The notes beneath the pieces are model-generated. The model searched no databases. It had not been told where the DNA came from and worked only from the letters and a program-made list of their open reading frames with translations. 64,000 nucleotides of DNA from Oikopleura dioica (taxonomy: Eukaryota; Animalia; Chordata), in NCBI GenBank assembly GCA_907165135.1, contig OU015570.1:496001-560000 (forward strand), written 5' to 3'. The position numbers and the translations under genes are program-made. Below, piece by piece: positions 60,881 through 64,000 of this stretch. Position 1 is the stretch's first letter. The number at the start of each line of letters is the position of its first letter.

Positions 60881-61606
60881 ATTGGAACCCTCCACGCAAG
60901 TTCGATCCATTTTTGTTCATTTTGATAAAATTTGACATTTCCTTATTTTCTCGACGGGAGATCATGGCCCAGTTTTACTCCCGAAGATCGATATCTTGTT
61001 ATTAGTATCATTTGAAAGCTGAAATCACGCTGAGGAAAATGATCATATCTTTATTTCTAAAAGATCATTTAAGTATAATAGATATATTTTTAAAAAATAT
61101 ATAATCGGTCAGGGGGATTAACGTTGTCGCTGGTTGAAAAGGGTCGAGATCCGCGATGGTCGCGTGAGAACTCGCGCGGCGCCGACTCCGTCGATTTTCT
61201 TAGGTGGCGCGGAAAGTTAAAGGAGGTGCAAGAAAAAAGAGTTCACTTTTTTGGTGACAGAAAAGGCTTGATTTCTGTCACCAAAAAGAGAGTGCAGTCA
61301 CTCAAAATGAAATCGCGATAGTTTCAGTCTTTGTTTGGGGGAGGTCTCTGGGTTTTTTATCTGTGCAGTTACCAGTGATACAATTTGGTAATGCCTTTTG
61401 TATTGTATTGATTCTTAGTGATAAAAAGTCGTCCAACTCTTTCAAGCTCACTTTATTAAATGATCCTGTTTGGATCTTGCACCGGGAGAAGCGCGGGGAA
61501 AGCAGCTGATTAAGGTGCGCACAGTTGATAAAGAGCGGAAGTGTGCTAATTAATCTAGGTTGCCCAGGCAATTAATTGGAGACTTTATGTCAACACACAT
61601 CAGTGT

Positions 61607-62771
61607 TACCGCGGATCTCCGCGTAGATCTGAAACTCCTCCCCCGGGACGCACCCTTGCGTACCCTGGAACAACACCGCAATATCCTTCTCAATAATTCT
61701 CCAGAGCGCTTCCACCAACTGTTCTCCGCCGGGGATGGTCTTGACAACTAAGCCATCCTTGTCTATGGTGTATTCTGTCCACGTGTTAACTTCGCGCGCT
61801 TTCTGGTGCATTTTCTCGAGCTACCTTGCGTACTCGTACCTCGCGTCGGGATTCGGCCTACCCGTGGGTGGCATATCCACAATTGTGCTCGCAATACTCG
61901 GGATTTGCGTCGGGCATCGCTTTGCCGGTAGCAACCTCTCATTCTTTACCACCTCGTACAAATTGAAGCTATCAATTATCCCTTCTAGGTTCTTCAATTC
62001 CTTGCTGCCTCTTAAACCCAACGTGTGCTAGCTTCGGCAAATGCGCGTTGCCCATTGTGCCTTTTGTGCATGGATTTCGAGGGGGGGGCGGCAATCGCCA
62101 CCGCCGCTCCATAAATACGCAACGACCGACCGGGCGCATCTCAGTAGAGTGCGGCCCGAGTCACCGATTTTATACTCCGTTTTTGCCGCCAAAATCAAGT
62201 CAAGAGAATAAACTTGCAGCCAGAGACTTTCCCTCCCAGAGACTCTTCATATTTGCAGGATGTAGCTTAGAGACAGTGAGGTTAGATATTATACAAACTA
62301 GCTCGGCAAGGCATTTTGGGGCTGCCATTATTGTCGAAACTAGAACGTGCTTATATCCACTCCTCTGATTGACACGTTGATTTGAAATTTTTCCTTATTC
62401 GGGACACATTCTATCTTCGCTTGATTTCGAGCTAAATCTCCCAGACTTAACAACACGTTTTTGTCGCTGCCTTCGGAGACCCTCGAATTTTTCAAACTAA
62501 TTCTAACCCGGTTGCTGAATTTCAACGTGAAAGACACTTTAAATGGAAGGAATTTTAATAACCCCCCTCCAGCAGTTCTGCCCTTGCCGCCAAGTGCATG
62601 CGTTACCTTGACTGAACTGCTACCTTTAATTTTATTAAAGAATTCCGTGCTAAGTAGGGAGGACGAGGCACCTGTATCCAGTCGCGTGAATTTTAATTTA
62701 TTGTCATTTCCTAAAGCTTTCTCACAATCGGGCAAACAGAAATAAATTTCTAACAGTATTCGTTCGCGCAC
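61607..62771 (-). pseudogene. pol: Host Ty3/Gypsy pol 5' part: aspartic protease and pre-RT region
   Basis: RLDTGASSSLLS (D codon 62676-62678) and VLLSLGDL; then DIAVLFQGTQGCVPGEEFQIYAEIRGNT, which rejoins IGKVVKQSYSK at 50444 across the ACAC TSD. Confidence 0.85.
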
Positions 62772-62951
62772 TCATTCGTCTTGATCTTCTGGGCCCTCTA
62801 ATCCCGTTCTTAACGTACCGTTAACGAAGCAAACCTGGGCAAAAATCTCATTTTGCATTGCAAACTCGTCGTATCCATCTCGCTCACCGCTCGTTGACAC
62901 GAAATTGAAGTCATCACTCGAATCTGAAGAATACTCAAACTCGTGTCTCAA

Positions 62952-63830
62952 CTAGAGCAGCTCCTCCACGTCCACGTCAGTCTCCAGTACAAAGGCTTTG
63001 TTGCCCCTGACTTGCTTGACACCCTTGCGACGGAAGAAATTATTGAACTTTTTCTTAATATCCTCCCGCTTGAGCTGACCACGTGGTTTATACATCTTAC
63101 TTGGCGCCTCTCTTTTCAGCTTATCCAGATCACGTTTGTTCAAAGTCCGACCCGTGTACGTGGACACCCTGCCGGAGCTCATCTCGACTTTCATGTCTCG
63201 GTTGCTAAGAATTTCCTTCAATTCTACTGCGCCCGAGTTCTGCCGCGGTAAGGCCGCTCGATTTCTCGAATACAACTTGTCCACCTTTTCTCGCGGAGAA
63301 AAATTCTTTCGCATCAACACATTAAGCTCATCGAATTTATCCACTGCATCGCGTGTATCTACCTTGTCTTCATCAATCTCTTCGGGGTTAAAACTTTTCA
63401 CGTGTATCTTCTTAGATCTCACTGCTTTCTGCTGCTCTGAACTGATAAACGCCAGCGTAGATCTAAAGTCGTTCGTGTAGAGATCCAAAACCAACTCCAC
63501 CTGAGTGATTTCTACGTGTCCCACGGCTTTAGTGGCTTTATCAATCTCTGCCAAAAAGATCTTGCTTTCAACGATTATATCACGGTTTATCAAGTCCTAA
63601 AACTCAAGCTTGTGCTTGGTGGCTTTTTTTTCAAAAATACTCTCCCAGCGTTCAGGCTGCAGACCTATCGCACACAGTGCCCACGAAATTGATTCCGCAA
63701 ATGGCCCAAAAAAGTCGGGATCAGTGCAATAGTACTGCAGAAACCTACTTCCCCCCATTGGAGTTCCTCGGGGAAACCTTTCTTAAACAATAGCATTTTA
63801 AGTCATTATCTTCATCATTAGCTTTTTAAT
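62952..63830 (-). pseudogene. Host Gypsy gag-like ORF (decayed; upstream LTR outside the window)
   Basis: 213-aa ORF 62952-63593 extends upstream past a single TAG and is in frame with the protease. Identified by position; no diagnostic motif seen. Confidence 0.6.
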
Positions 63831-64000
63831 GATATCATAAAGTGCATCTGTTTTCACGTGGCTTTACTCGCCCCTTCCCACGACTCGTAAGAACCGGAGA
63901 AATTTCAGAAAGCGATAAATTGCTCCTGCAGTAACTCAACACCTTCGGATTTCTGACACGTGTAAGCGTTCTAACGTTTATTCTAGTACAGCAGTTTATC

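Larger units (their letters stand above)
50449..61602 (-). mobile_element. Env-bearing LTR retroelement (Tor4b-like) lacking RT/RH/IN, inserted in pol of a Gypsy element
   Basis: 227-bp LTRs at 61376-61602 and 50449-50675 with TG..CA ends and 6 mismatches; TSD GTGT (50445-50448, 61603-61606); PBS-like TGGTAACTGCACA at 61362-61374; PPT GGGGGTGGG at 50676-50684. Confidence 0.9.

Noticed and set aside
62772-62954. Programmed stop-codon readthrough at the host gag-pol junction
   Set aside because: Gag and protease are in frame across TAG, but a second in-frame TGA and other stops show general decay, so readthrough cannot be inferred from this copy.

Overview
Eukaryotic, AT-rich DNA made almost entirely of nested transposable elements. 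There is no intact host gene, rRNA gene or CRISPR array. A Tor4b-like envelope and candidate ~40-nt introns suggest a larvacean tunicate (Oikopleuridae); this is inference only. Main contents: (1) an 8-kb TIR DNA-transposon relic at 24-8063 holding nested MITEs; (2) a full-length, decayed Penelope-like element (RT + GIY-YIG, 9575-12402, minus strand) with pseudo-LTRs; (3) many non-autonomous DNA elements with verifiable TSDs (TA, TTAA, 8 bp, 9 bp); (4) a dispersed family made of a G-quadruplex-like head plus a locally expanded 53-56-bp hairpin minisatellite; (5) two copies of a ~542-bp TRIM whose 167-bp LTRs each carry a tRNA-like Pol III cassette; (6) a decayed Ty3/Gypsy element (49961-63830) split inside pol by a second LTR element (50449-61602). 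The second element encodes SAP+CCHC Gag, a protease and a paramyxovirus-F-like Env, but no RT, RNase H or integrase. Its env is interrupted by a 5'-truncated Penelope insertion with hammerhead-bearing inverted arms. That region is tandemly duplicated (3.2 kb), and the Penelope core points in opposite directions in the two copies. Seven minimal hammerhead-ribozyme motifs from four sequence families are visible. All coordinates were counted by hand, and protein family calls rest on recognised motifs, not database searches.
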